NCBI GenBank assembly: GCA_019894975.1
Contig: JAGXNO010000011.1
Span: forward strand, 16,480-80,479
Direction: 5' to 3'
From: Promethearchaeota archaeon
GTDB taxonomy: Archaea; Asgardarchaeota; Lokiarchaeia; Sigyniarchaeales; SOKP01
DNA length: 64,000 bases
Shown: one piece after another, positions 19,790 to 29,221 of the stretch
Layout of the letters: every line of letters starts with the position of its first letter
How positions within the stretch are numbered: position 1 is the first letter of the stretch
Program-made: the position numbers and the translations under genes
Notes under the pieces: model-generated
What the model was told of the DNA's origin: nothing
The model's input: only the letters and a program-made list of their open reading frames with translations
Database searches by the model: none

Positions 19790-20498
19790 ATTGAACAAGA
19801 TATTCTGTAATTTTTTTCTTTTGTTCTTCTACAAATTCTTCATATTCCTTCTCGGTTTCTTTAATTTCGGTGTCATTTAATATTTTAGCTATTTCCATTT
19901 GAATAAATGATGAATTCTTATCAATTAAGTTATCTATAGTATAATCGTAAGATATTACCCCTCCAACTAATGAAATTTTAAATCCACCTATAAAATCGTA
20001 TCTATCTTCATTAATTTCTACTGGATTCTTAAAAATATCCAAAATTTTATCAAAATTCTCTATAAAATAATTATAATCTTTATGATTGAAAATAAGTTCA
20101 ATCTCTTGAGGCTTATCTATTATTTTTGTAATTTTTGTAATTGAATTTAAAAGATATTTAATGTATGCAGAATGGTTTTTCTCTAATTCTACTTTAATAT
20201 GGTTAATTAAGGTTGTTTTTAGAGAAGAAATCAAATTATTTTTTAAATAAAGAAACTTCTCTTTTCCTTTTAAAAGAGTTGTTGATAACGATTGGTTTAG
20301 AAATTGTTCATAATTTTCATTAAAATGGTTTTTAAGTCGTAAGGATCTCTCATTACTTCTTTCTAAAAACCTCTTTTTTATTTCTGCTTTTTGAAATAGT
20401 GTTTTTTGGTTTAGTTCTTTTATTTCATTTGCTGCTTTATCGATTAAATAAAGCCCTATATTACTAAAACGGTCTTTTATTTCATTTTCTTCTGAAAT
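19770..20498 (-). CDS. atpE: A/V-type ATPase subunit E (probable ATT start)
   Basis: C-terminal IGGF...YDYTIDNL motif. An in-frame helical N-terminus extends 88 codons upstream of the TTG at 20234, to an ATT behind GAGGT. Confidence 0.8.
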   Translation of the reverse strand: MSEENEIKDRFSNIGLYLIDKAANEIKELNQKTLFQKAEIKKRFLERSNERSLRLKNHFNENYEQFLNQSLSTTLLKGKEKFLYLKNNLISSLKTTLINHIKVELEKNHSAYIKYLLNSITKITKIIDKPQEIELIFNHKDYNYFIENFDKILDIFKNPVEINEDRYDFIGGFKISLVGGVISYDYTIDNLIDKNSSFIQMEIAKILNDTEIKETEKEYEEFVEEQKKKITEYLVQYDQIQI

Positions 20499-20519
20499 CT
20501 TAACTCTACCTCACATTAT

Positions 20520-20837
20520 TTATATTATATCACTAATCGCATCAGATATTTTTTTTAATATATGATCATCTATTTCAACATTAGGTCGGAATACATCCGG
20601 GAGAATAAATATAAATGGTGACTTATTATTTAACTTGAAGTCTAATAAATAATCAACTAATTCCGTAGATAAGGGTAATGCTATAATAATCATTCCTATA
20701 CGTGGGCGTTTTATCAACTTATTAAAACTTTTTAAAAATTCATCTTGTTGTTCAACCACAATACCATCTAATCCCAAGAGTCCAAACATTAACACAATGT
20801 CTTCATCCCCTATTATATATACTTCTTGATCAACCAT
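20520..20837 (-). CDS. atpF: A/V-type ATPase subunit F
   Basis: VYIIGDEDIVLMFGLLG and IGMIII..P motifs; 105 aa. Confidence 0.88.
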   Translation of the reverse strand: MVDQEVYIIGDEDIVLMFGLLGLDGIVVEQQDEFLKSFNKLIKRPRIGMIIIALPLSTELVDYLLDFKLNNKSPFIFILPDVFRPNVEIDDHILKKISDAISDII

Positions 20838-21148
20838 TAAAAATCAAGTTCTATTTTTTCTAAAATTAATTTCTGCAAGTTTCCTATTTTCTTTTGGAAC
20901 AAAGTTTCTATTTTATCTATTGCCTTTTGTAGCTGTTCCTCAAATTCTTTGGTTTTATCATTAACCTTTTTAGAAAGGTTACTCAATACCTCATTTACAA
21001 GTTCATTTTTATTATTAATTAGTTTCTCAAAGTTCTTTTGTTGGTCATCTCTGAGCTTCTCAATGTCTTTAATATTGCGATTTTTAGCATTGTCTATTAA
21101 ATCTTCATAAATTTTTTCAATATCTTCTATTTCTTTAAATATATCCAT
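20837..21148 (-). CDS. Probable A/V-type ATPase subunit H/G (peripheral stalk)
   Basis: 103-aa charged helical protein translationally coupled within the operon. Confidence 0.65.
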   Translation of the reverse strand: MDIFKEIEDIEKIYEDLIDNAKNRNIKDIEKLRDDQQKNFEKLINNKNELVNEVLSNLSKKVNDKTKEFEEQLQKAIDKIETLFQKKIGNLQKLILEKIELDF

Positions 21149-22206
21149 TATTTCAACACTTTGTATTTATCATGGAGGATTTTTACTACTCTAGGTAATA
21201 TATTAAGTCTAATTTCCTTATCTTTCTTTATTAAAACTTCTATTATCCTGAAAACAGTTTTATATTCAATATCATCAACTTTAATTTCAAAACTTTTGAA
21301 GAAGTAATCTAAATATAATTTTTCAATTTCCCATATTAAATGTTTTTGTTTAATGGGAGAACGTAGGAGAGGAAATTTCATTTCTTTTGTAGAACTTAAA
21401 TGTTGGGTCAGTCGAATAACAAAATTATCAACATTTTTAAGATGTAACAATTCATTCATTATCTTTTCATCTAAGAATAGATAGTTAGTAACAAGGAATT
21501 GTGATAATAAATTTCTATCAATATTATTCTTAATACCCCTATATAACATATTTAGATTATAAATTTCAGTTATGCATTTCACATATAAAGAAATCATATC
21601 TTTCTCTTTTGGTCTTAAAGATTTTAACTCATCATGTAAATTTTCATAATATAAGCGATCTAAAAAAGCTTCTAAGACAAAAGTTTCATTAGTTCTTTTG
21701 AAGTATAAAATTCCTTCTCTTATCGATTCATAATATTTTGAATTTCTCATAAACAATTGAATTTCATCAAGGGAAGAAATTTCTAAAAGGTCGTTAATGA
21801 AACCTGTATTTTCTAAATAAGTTTCAACAAGTTTATTGACTAGAGATGACTTATCACTTGTACTCATCCCTAAAATTGTTCCTAAGATGATACGTTTAAC
21901 GTTCATTATTTCATATTTCAATAAAAAATTTTTTAAAAAAGTACGCATACTCAATGGAGAATAAGAGATTATCCTTCCAATTATTTTTATATAGGTATGA
22001 AATAATGCTCTTTCGATTTCTTCAATAGTATAAGCTCGAATAGACATTTCGGGGTAATAGAATCCAATATATTCTACAAATTCCTGAATATGTTTGATTT
22101 CTTTTAGTTTTATTAGTGTTATTTCATCCATTATTAATTGTTTCAAAAAATCGATTTTAATAAGTGTAAAACTGTAGGCTGGAACAATAACACTCGTTTT
22201 TCTCAC
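21148..22206 (-). CDS. atpC: A/V-type ATPase subunit C (d)
   Basis: KYEIMNVKRII, LEAFLDRLYY and EIYNL..LYRG motifs; size and operon position fit. Confidence 0.8.
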   Translation of the reverse strand: MRKTSVIVPAYSFTLIKIDFLKQLIMDEITLIKLKEIKHIQEFVEYIGFYYPEMSIRAYTIEEIERALFHTYIKIIGRIISYSPLSMRTFLKNFLLKYEIMNVKRIILGTILGMSTSDKSSLVNKLVETYLENTGFINDLLEISSLDEIQLFMRNSKYYESIREGILYFKRTNETFVLEAFLDRLYYENLHDELKSLRPKEKDMISLYVKCITEIYNLNMLYRGIKNNIDRNLLSQFLVTNYLFLDEKIMNELLHLKNVDNFVIRLTQHLSSTKEMKFPLLRSPIKQKHLIWEIEKLYLDYFFKSFEIKVDDIEYKTVFRIIEVLIKKDKEIRLNILPRVVKILHDKYKVLK

Positions 22207-22238
22207 CAGATATAAATTCTTTAAAAAATAAACTTAAT

Positions 22239-22604
22239 TTATGCTGGAGGTGATGGAATCTGAAAAACTAACAATATTGCGATAATTAACCCATATATTG
22301 CTATAGCTTCACCTAATGCGACAATAACTACTAATTTTCCAAAAGCCTCTTCCCTTTCTGAAAGGGCTGAGATTGCCGCAGTACCAACTGTCCTTATAAC
22401 ATGTGCTGCAGCAAGTCCTGAAATAGAGATTGCTAGAGCTGCAGAAATTGCCAAAACTGCAGTAGTAGGAGAATTATAATAATCGAAATTGTCAGCTTGA
22501 GCTCTGACAACCCGTACTAATCCATTCATTGAGAAAATTAATACTACCACTAGAAATACCTGAACTACAGCAAGTGTCATATAGAATTTTTGTTTCCCAT
22601 TCAT
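22239..22604 (-). CDS. atpK: A/V-type ATPase subunit K (c, proteolipid)
   Basis: Hairpin with ALGEAIAIYGLIIA (ion-carrying Glu) plus an extra N-terminal hydrophobic helix. Confidence 0.88.
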   Translation of the reverse strand: MNGKQKFYMTLAVVQVFLVVVLIFSMNGLVRVVRAQADNFDYYNSPTTAVLAISAALAISISGLAAAHVIRTVGTAAISALSEREEAFGKLVVIVALGEAIAIYGLIIAILLVFQIPSPPA

Positions 22605-22759
22605 TTACCTTACATCTTCCTTTTTGCTTAAAAAAGTTATTAATTTTAAAAGTGAATAATAAAGATAAGCGTATAAATTTTATTATTTCAGATAATAAAC
22701 TACTATTATTATTATTCACTTACTTTTTATTAGAAACCAGTAATGATATAATAAAAAAC

Positions 22760-23398
22760 TTATTGATAGAGAAGGATTCTTATTTGATCGGCAATATTAT
22801 GTATTCTATCACAAAGTTGCTCCAATAAGACTATGCTGTCTCTAATTCTAAGAAGTTTCCTCATATCTAATTGATCATTGGAATAAAGATATTCTAAAAA
22901 TTGGCGATATATTGTATCTACTTCATTTTCAATTTCATGTATAGCAGTAGTGTTTTTAAAAACGATATCAGGATTATCTCTAAGGCTTTTTATTGTAGAT
23001 TTTAAGACATCTGCCATATTGATTGTTTTATTAATCAATTTTTCATATCTTTTTATTATTTCCTTATCTTTTCCGCTGTCTAATTTAATTTTAGGCAGCA
23101 TATCAACAAATTCCAAAGGATAATTTATTACGTTGTCCATTTGGAGACTCAAAGCCACATAGTTCCCTAGCCCCTGTGCTCCTGCTTCAGCATAATTTTG
23201 TATTAATTGAATTTTAATATCATCAGCATCCTCTTCGCGGAGTTGCATTTTACTCTTTTTCTTGTCTAAGGCGTCCTTATTTGATTCATAATCTGTAGCC
23301 CACGTTGAGTAGTATACCCCCATATCCGAAATCACAGAATAAATGATCCTTGAATGTTCAATTAACATCGAAATAATTTCATCTTTAGTCTTATTCAT
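22760..23398 (-). CDS. DUF47/PhoU-like phosphate transport regulator
   Basis: Repeated E..AD / ENEVD and EQLCDR..NIAD helical motifs. Confidence 0.75.
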   Translation of the reverse strand: MNKTKDEIISMLIEHSRIIYSVISDMGVYYSTWATDYESNKDALDKKKSKMQLREEDADDIKIQLIQNYAEAGAQGLGNYVALSLQMDNVINYPLEFVDMLPKIKLDSGKDKEIIKRYEKLINKTINMADVLKSTIKSLRDNPDIVFKNTTAIHEIENEVDTIYRQFLEYLYSNDQLDMRKLLRIRDSIVLLEQLCDRIHNIADQIRILLYQ

Positions 23399-23605
23399 AA
23401 TAATTCTGTCTCAATATTTTTTCTACTGATATAATTATCAATAATTAGATTATTAAAAATTTAGTATTTGTAGATTATAAGTTAGAAAGAGTATATATTT
23501 GTTATACATGCAATTTTCTAATGATTATTTCAAGGATAATTGATTTTAAGATCTAAATATGCTTTAATTTGGAGAATTAAGTTACATAATTTAAAGTGGG
23601 TAAAT

Positions 23606-24391
23606 ATGGAATATAAAGATTTAATTATTGAGAAACGCGATGATCAGATTGCTATTGTGACTTTTAATCGCCCAGAACAACTAAATACTCTCACTACTAA
23701 TTTAATGACTGAAATCGAACAGCTAACTGAGGACTTTCAAAAGGATACAGAGACTCGTGTTGTGATTTTTACTGGGGCAGGAAGATTTTTTTCTGGGGGG
23801 AGAGATCTGACGGAACAAGGAGGTCCAGCTACGGTTCTAGGAAGACAAAGAGCAATTCAAAACGGTCCAAGAATGATATACAAACTTTATAATATGGATC
23901 AAATAACTATTGCAGCAATTAATGGTGGGGCATTTGGAGGGGGTTGTTGTATTGCTAGTGCTCTTGATTTTCGCATTGGAGATGATAAATGTAGAGCGGG
24001 ATTTCCTGAAAGTCGTTTAGGGATGAGTTTAAGTTGGAGAATACTCCCAATTGTGGTCCATCTAATTGGTCCTACATTTGCAAAAGAAATGACAATATTA
24101 GGGAAAAATAACGAAGCCCAAACATTATTAAAATGGGGATTCTTAAATGAAGTAGTGCCAAAGGAAGACTTATTGGCACGAGCAATTGAAATAGCTAAGG
24201 ATTATGCTGCAATGCCGCCCATTCCAGCCCAAATGATTAAGAAAACGATTAACCACATTACTGGTGCTCTAGATCAAGCTATAATGCATATGGATATGGA
24301 TCAACTTATGTTAACTCTTCAAACAGATGATTTGAAAGAAGGAGTTGCAGCATTTTTCGGGAAACGAGATGGAAAATTTAAAGGAAACTAA
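23606..24391 (+). CDS. Enoyl-CoA hydratase/isomerase (crotonase) family
   Basis: TFNRPEQLN, FSGGRDL, AAINGGAFGGG, FPESRLG and EGVAAFFGKR. The ATG at 23606 is preferred. Confidence 0.9.
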   Translation: MEYKDLIIEKRDDQIAIVTFNRPEQLNTLTTNLMTEIEQLTEDFQKDTETRVVIFTGAGRFFSGGRDLTEQGGPATVLGRQRAIQNGPRMIYKLYNMDQITIAAINGGAFGGGCCIASALDFRIGDDKCRAGFPESRLGMSLSWRILPIVVHLIGPTFAKEMTILGKNNEAQTLLKWGFLNEVVPKEDLLARAIEIAKDYAAMPPIPAQMIKKTINHITGALDQAIMHMDMDQLMLTLQTDDLKEGVAAFFGKRDGKFKGN

Positions 24392-24566
24392 TTTGCATCA
24401 TATGATGGGGGAATAACTTTTTAAAATTACTCTCTATTTATTTTTACAAGAAGAATAAAAGACAATATATAGATCATTCTCAATAAAAAATATAATAAAG
24501 ATAAAAGATAATTGTAAATAAGTAGTTCACTGTAATATAATTTAAACACAGTTTTGGCGTATAATA

Positions 24567-25244
24567 TTGGGAAAAATTCGTAAAAAATTAAAAGATTGGA
24601 AGCAATACTCAAAAATGGCTGATTTGGGCATAATTGCCCGTCGAAAATTTTTTAACAATGCTTTTGATGGAGCTCTAACTTGTTCGGGAATTGTGAGTGG
24701 GATATTTATCATTTTTCTGAACAACCCAAATCAATTCACCCCCCAAAATGTTATTGTCACTGGTTTTGCCACGGCTTTAGCTATAGGTATAAGTGGTCTT
24801 TGGGGTGCTTTTCTTTCTGAAGAGGCTGAACGAAAAAAGAAAGTTTCCGACCTGAAAAAGGAAATGGCGATAATAGAAGAAAATGAAGAAAGAGATGATG
24901 ATTCACTCGAGGAGAAGAAAATCAATAACAAGAAAAAAAGAAAGAAAAATAAAAAGAAAAAGACAGTATTGGAAAAAGCTGAAGACTTTGCAACAATTGT
25001 AGCGTCCTTAGTAGATGGGGGTGCACCAGTGTTAGGATCATCTTTACCTTTAATTCCATTTTTCTTTGGTATAGATTTAACTATTGGGCATTTTATCAGT
25101 TCCTACCTCATACTTGTAGGCTTACTTGTATATTTAGGTATCTATTTAGGAAAAATTTCAGGAGGGGGACGTATAAGGTATGCGTTGCACTTGGTTACAG
25201 CTGGGGTTGTGACTCTCCTGGTTTCAATACTACTTGGGATCTAA
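24567..25244 (+). CDS. VIT1/CCC1-like membrane protein
   Basis: RR.FFNNAFDG, ISGLWGAFLSEEAER and PLIPF motifs. Confidence 0.75.
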   Translation: MGKIRKKLKDWKQYSKMADLGIIARRKFFNNAFDGALTCSGIVSGIFIIFLNNPNQFTPQNVIVTGFATALAIGISGLWGAFLSEEAERKKKVSDLKKEMAIIEENEERDDDSLEEKKINNKKKRKKNKKKKTVLEKAEDFATIVASLVDGGAPVLGSSLPLIPFFFGIDLTIGHFISSYLILVGLLVYLGIYLGKISGGGRIRYALHLVTAGVVTLLVSILLGI

Positions 25245-25416
25245 AATGCCAAAATTATAGTACAAAATATTTAGAAAGAATGTTCGAAAAATTCAAGACT
25301 TACTCGAAAATAACAAATCTCTAGGGATAAGTTAAATTATTCATTGACATGTAATCACAAATTTTATTTTCTGCTTTTCATTTACCATTGTAACAATATT
25401 AAGGAGTAGTGATTTA

Positions 25417-26226
25417 TTGAAATCTTTTATAGGAATTGACATAGGGTCGCTTGCAAGCAAGGTTGTGTTATTAAGTGAGGGAAAAATGATCGATTATCGA
25501 GTAGAAAGGTCTACATTCGATTTTAAAAGAGTTGGTAATAATCTTTTTAATGACATCATAGAAAAAAATAATTTAAGTAAAGATGATGTATTCATTATGT
25601 CTACGGGTTATGGACGTAATACTATTGATATAGCTGATGATAGAATCACAGAAATTACAGCCCATGCTCGTGGGGTACAATACTTTTTCCCAGAAGCTCA
25701 TAGCGTCATAGATATTGGAGGTCAAGATTCCAAAGCAATACTTATCTCTAAAAAAACAGGAAGTGTTATGGACTTCCAGATGAATGATAACGATAATTTT
25801 AATTAAAAATTATTGTCAATATGTGCTGCCGGTACCGGTAGGTTTCTGGAAGTTATGGCTCATGCACTTGAAGTTCCAATTGAAGAAATTGGAGGACTTG
25901 CATTAAATTCAAATAAACCATCAGCAATAAGTTCCACATGTACGGTATTTGCTGAGAGCGAGGTAATATCATTATTTGCTAGAGGTACCTCAAAACATGA
26001 TATAGCTGCGGGGATCCATAAATCCATTGCGAGGAGAGTTGCAGGTATGGCTAAACGGATAGGAGTAGCTCCTTTATTGGTTTTTTGTGGGGGTGTAGCT
26101 AAAAATATAGCAGTTAAAAAGTTTTTAGAAGAAGAATTAGGATATGAAATTGTAATCCCAGATCATCCTCAACTTACTGGAGCAATAGGCGCTGCTCTAA
26201 TTGCTCAAGAACATAATGGTAACTAA
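25417..26226 (+). CDS. 2-hydroxyacyl-CoA dehydratase activator ATPase (HgdC/BcrD-type ASKHA, [4Fe-4S]); predicted spliced CDS join(25417..25790,25821..26226), 259 aa
   Basis: GIDIGS, STGYGR and DIGGQDSK lie in the first half; [21 protein letters not shown] and GGVAKN lie in the second. Both halves are in the same frame. Removing 25791-25820 yields MNDKCAAGTG. Confidence 0.88.
25791..25820 (+). other. Putative bulge-helix-bulge (BHB) mRNA intron, 30 nt
   Basis: 4-bp helix UGAU (25785-88)/GUCA (25815-18), bulges AA^C (25789-91) and AU^A (25819-21), a 9-bp intron stem (25792-800/25806-14) and an in-frame UAA. Cleavage after the second bulge nucleotide on each strand restores the Lys codon AAA. 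Confidence 0.8.
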
Positions 26227-26318
26227 TGGGATTTCTATTTAATTTTTATATCAATAAATTTTATGAGTAATTGACTCTTTTTTGATTAATAATTAAAATC
26301 TATTAATTTAACTTAAAA

Positions 26319-27449
26319 ATGGAAAATTTAGAGTTTTTATCAGAATATTACACATTACTAAAAGAAAAAAAAGAAGAAGGTAAAAAAGTCATAGCCTTCA
26401 TATCTCATGATAATATTCCGGAGGAATTAATTGACGCTGCGGGGTTTATTCCTTTAAGATTGATCTTTGCGGGAAATGATGAATTAATGGATGCTAGTCA
26501 TGATTTTTTGCCTCCATCAACTTGCTCATTTGCTCAATCATGTATTGGAGCTTTTTCTATAAAACCCGACAACTTAAAGGTTTTAGATTTAATCGATTAT
26601 ATTATAATTTCAAATCATTGTGTTTCAGACATCTGTGCATCAGAAATAATTTCAAAATATTATGATATTCCTCAATTGAAATTTTATGTCTCATACACTA
26701 AAACGGAAAATAGTTTAAAATATTTTAAATTAGAATTAAATGATTTAAGGGAAAAGCTTGAAGAACTTAAAGGTTCTGTAATAGAAACTCAGGATTTAAT
26801 GAATAGTATTGTAAAATATAATAATTTTAAGAAAAAAATATCAGATTTAAGTAAATTAGCGATCCCAGGGGCTCAAAAATTAAAACATTTTCAAAGAGCG
26901 CTTTTAATTGGTCCTTATTATCTTCCAGAATTAGAGAGTTTTCTCCAAACTCAAGAAGAGACTCAAATTAATGAAAAGTCAAAGCCTATTTTTTTAACTG
27001 GTTGCTCTATTTTCATCAATGATTACTTGAATGATTTAATTGAGGGTGGTGGGGGAAATATAGTGTTCTTTGATACTTGGGTTGGATTTAATTATTACTC
27101 ACAAATTTTTGATGGGGACTCAATAAATTCCTCGATTGATCCGATTGATCTATTAGTAGAGCGTTTTAAAAAGAATATATTTGGTGATCACTCTGTACCA
27201 AATTTCTTAGAAACTAAAATCTCGCAAATAGAAGAGTTTTATAAGAATTATAAAAACACTTCAGGGAAAAAAGTAGGAGTGATTAATCATATCATAAAAT
27301 TTTGTGACCACATGTCAATTATGTCCTCACATCTGAAGAAACAACTACAAGAGAAAGGAATTCAGGTGTTAAATTTAGAAAGAGATTATTCAAGGGCTAA
27401 CAAGGGCCAATTAAGTACTAGGATTGAAGCATTCCTGGAGATGATGTAA
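26319..27449 (+). CDS. 2-hydroxyacyl-CoA dehydratase (HgdA/B, FldB/C family) subunit
   Basis: IPEELIDAAG.IP, TCSF, NHC, KFCD and GQLSTRIEAFLEM motifs. Confidence 0.85.
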   Translation: MENLEFLSEYYTLLKEKKEEGKKVIAFISHDNIPEELIDAAGFIPLRLIFAGNDELMDASHDFLPPSTCSFAQSCIGAFSIKPDNLKVLDLIDYIIISNHCVSDICASEIISKYYDIPQLKFYVSYTKTENSLKYFKLELNDLREKLEELKGSVIETQDLMNSIVKYNNFKKKISDLSKLAIPGAQKLKHFQRALLIGPYYLPELESFLQTQEETQINEKSKPIFLTGCSIFINDYLNDLIEGGGGNIVFFDTWVGFNYYSQIFDGDSINSSIDPIDLLVERFKKNIFGDHSVPNFLETKISQIEEFYKNYKNTSGKKVGVINHIIKFCDHMSIMSSHLKKQLQEKGIQVLNLERDYSRANKGQLSTRIEAFLEMM

Positions 27450-27452
27450 TAA

Positions 27453-28814
27453 ATGAGTTTAGTCGCAGATGAATTAATTAGGTTTTCTTCGGTGTTAAGG
27501 ATCGCTTATAACTTTTTAACAGGTAGGGATTATCTAAAGAGAAAGAAGTTTAGAGAGAAAAAGAAATTGATTTCTATCGGTTTGCCTTTTTCAGATCTTG
27601 TGTATGGGTTTCCAGATTTAATTCCAGTCTTTCCCATAAGAATGCACGAATTTAAAATTCATAAATATCTCACCTATTTAGGGTCAGCATCAAATATTTT
27701 TGGGTGGAACAGTGTTACAAACTTCTTAGGTTTTGTAAAAGACCTTGGTATTAAAGATGTAAGTCAAACAGTTGATAATATTATCGAAGATGTAATTGAT
27801 ACTATAAATTACAAATATAATGAAATGTATGATTTTGGTGAGGAATGTGGGATTCCGACTGATTTTTGTTATGGTGTTAAATCACTCTATGGGATGAATG
27901 TATCAAAAGGGAAGAATTGTGATGCGAACTTGAATTATACGATTCGATGTAGTGCTTGGAATAAGTATTTAGAATCAATAAAAGCAATAGGGAATCCATC
28001 CAAACAAATATGGATCGAAATACCTCCCAGAAATATAGGAAATTCATTAGAACTTTTTATGGATAATATTGTTAAAGGAATAGAAGAATTAGAAGAAATT
28101 AGTAGTTATAATTATAGCAATAATGGATTAAGAGATCATTTTCGAACTGCTAATCAAATTCACCAATCTTATAAAAAAATCATATATGAAATAGGCACTG
28201 CTGATTTTTATCCGTGTAATCCTGCTACTTTTAGTGAAATTCTTGCATTATTAAACATTAGTTTTCATGATTATAATTCAAATGCTACTCGATATAGAGA
28301 CAACATCACTTCTTTATTAGATGAAATGAAAGGGAGAGTAAATAAAGGAATTGGAATGGATGTATCCAAAAGACCTAAAATTCTTATAACGCCTATGTTT
28401 GGTGGTTGGGAACCAAAAACTCATGATATTATATATGAATTAGGAGGGAGGGCGTTATATGGAGATTGGGACCTTTTAGGGTTTTTAGATGATATACCTA
28501 TTTCAACTAGATCTGATCCAATTGAAGCCTATGCTCAATTCTTAATGGATGTAACTTCAGATGGTATAGGGTGCGATAACGATATATTAACAGATTCTTA
28601 TGTCAGGTTAGCTAAAAATCTAAAGGCTGATGGGCTAGTTTTTGTTCAAGTGTTTGGTTGTCATTCTGTTTCAAATTGTTATACGATGCTAAAAGAAAAA
28701 CTCCGTAGAGAGTTAGAAATCCCGAGTATCGCATTGAATTTTAATAAAATGGGGGAAAATATCGAACAAATTAAAACTCGTTTAGGAGCCTTCATGGAAA
28801 TGTTTTCCTTGTGA
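27453..28814 (+). CDS. 2-hydroxyacyl-CoA dehydratase family subunit
   Basis: DFCY, RCS, GCHS and EQIKTRLGAFMEM motifs. Confidence 0.8.
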   Translation: MSLVADELIRFSSVLRIAYNFLTGRDYLKRKKFREKKKLISIGLPFSDLVYGFPDLIPVFPIRMHEFKIHKYLTYLGSASNIFGWNSVTNFLGFVKDLGIKDVSQTVDNIIEDVIDTINYKYNEMYDFGEECGIPTDFCYGVKSLYGMNVSKGKNCDANLNYTIRCSAWNKYLESIKAIGNPSKQIWIEIPPRNIGNSLELFMDNIVKGIEELEEISSYNYSNNGLRDHFRTANQIHQSYKKIIYEIGTADFYPCNPATFSEILALLNISFHDYNSNATRYRDNITSLLDEMKGRVNKGIGMDVSKRPKILITPMFGGWEPKTHDIIYELGGRALYGDWDLLGFLDDIPISTRSDPIEAYAQFLMDVTSDGIGCDNDILTDSYVRLAKNLKADGLVFVQVFGCHSVSNCYTMLKEKLRRELEIPSIALNFNKMGENIEQIKTRLGAFMEMFSL

Positions 28815-28846
28815 TATAAAATGATGATACCGTTTGAATCATAAAA

Positions 28847-29212
28847 ATGGGATTAAAAAATTCTAAAAAAGAAAATCTTAACAAGCTTTTTGTTTATGGT
28901 ACATTACAAACAGGTCAAAGTCGAAACTCTATCCTTAAAGGGTTGAAGTGTGAAAAAGCTACTCTATTCAATTTTAGAAAAGTAGAACCTTCTTCTTTAG
29001 GGTTTCCATTGATTATTCGAGATAATTCTTCAAATGTTCAAGGAGAAATATATTATGATTTGGACCATTCCCTTATTGATCAAATCGATATGATTGAGGG
29101 AGAAGGAGAGCTTTATCATAGAATTATAGTCAAAGTAGTATTGGATGACAGAAAGAAAGTAGAAGCTTTTACTTATTATCCTTCTGAAAGTTTAATTACA
29201 AAATATACTTGA
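28847..29212 (+). CDS. Gamma-glutamylcyclotransferase (AIG2-like)
   Basis: LFVYGTL, VQGEIY and D.IEG...Y.R motifs. Confidence 0.88.
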   Translation: MGLKNSKKENLNKLFVYGTLQTGQSRNSILKGLKCEKATLFNFRKVEPSSLGFPLIIRDNSSNVQGEIYYDLDHSLIDQIDMIEGEGELYHRIIVKVVLDDRKKVEAFTYYPSESLITKYT

Positions 29213-29221
29213 AATAAAATA

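Noticed and set aside
24880-24965. A-rich tract in the VIT1-like gene as a frameshift or repeat element
   Set aside because: It stays in frame and encodes an acidic then Lys-rich cytoplasmic loop.
25417-26226. Treating the activator as two separate genes or as a simple pseudogene
   Set aside because: Both halves are in frame with all motifs intact. The break is a clean 30-nt insertion with no target-site duplication, and its BHB-predicted cut sites exactly rebuild the Lys codon. Splicing explains this better, though it is unproven.
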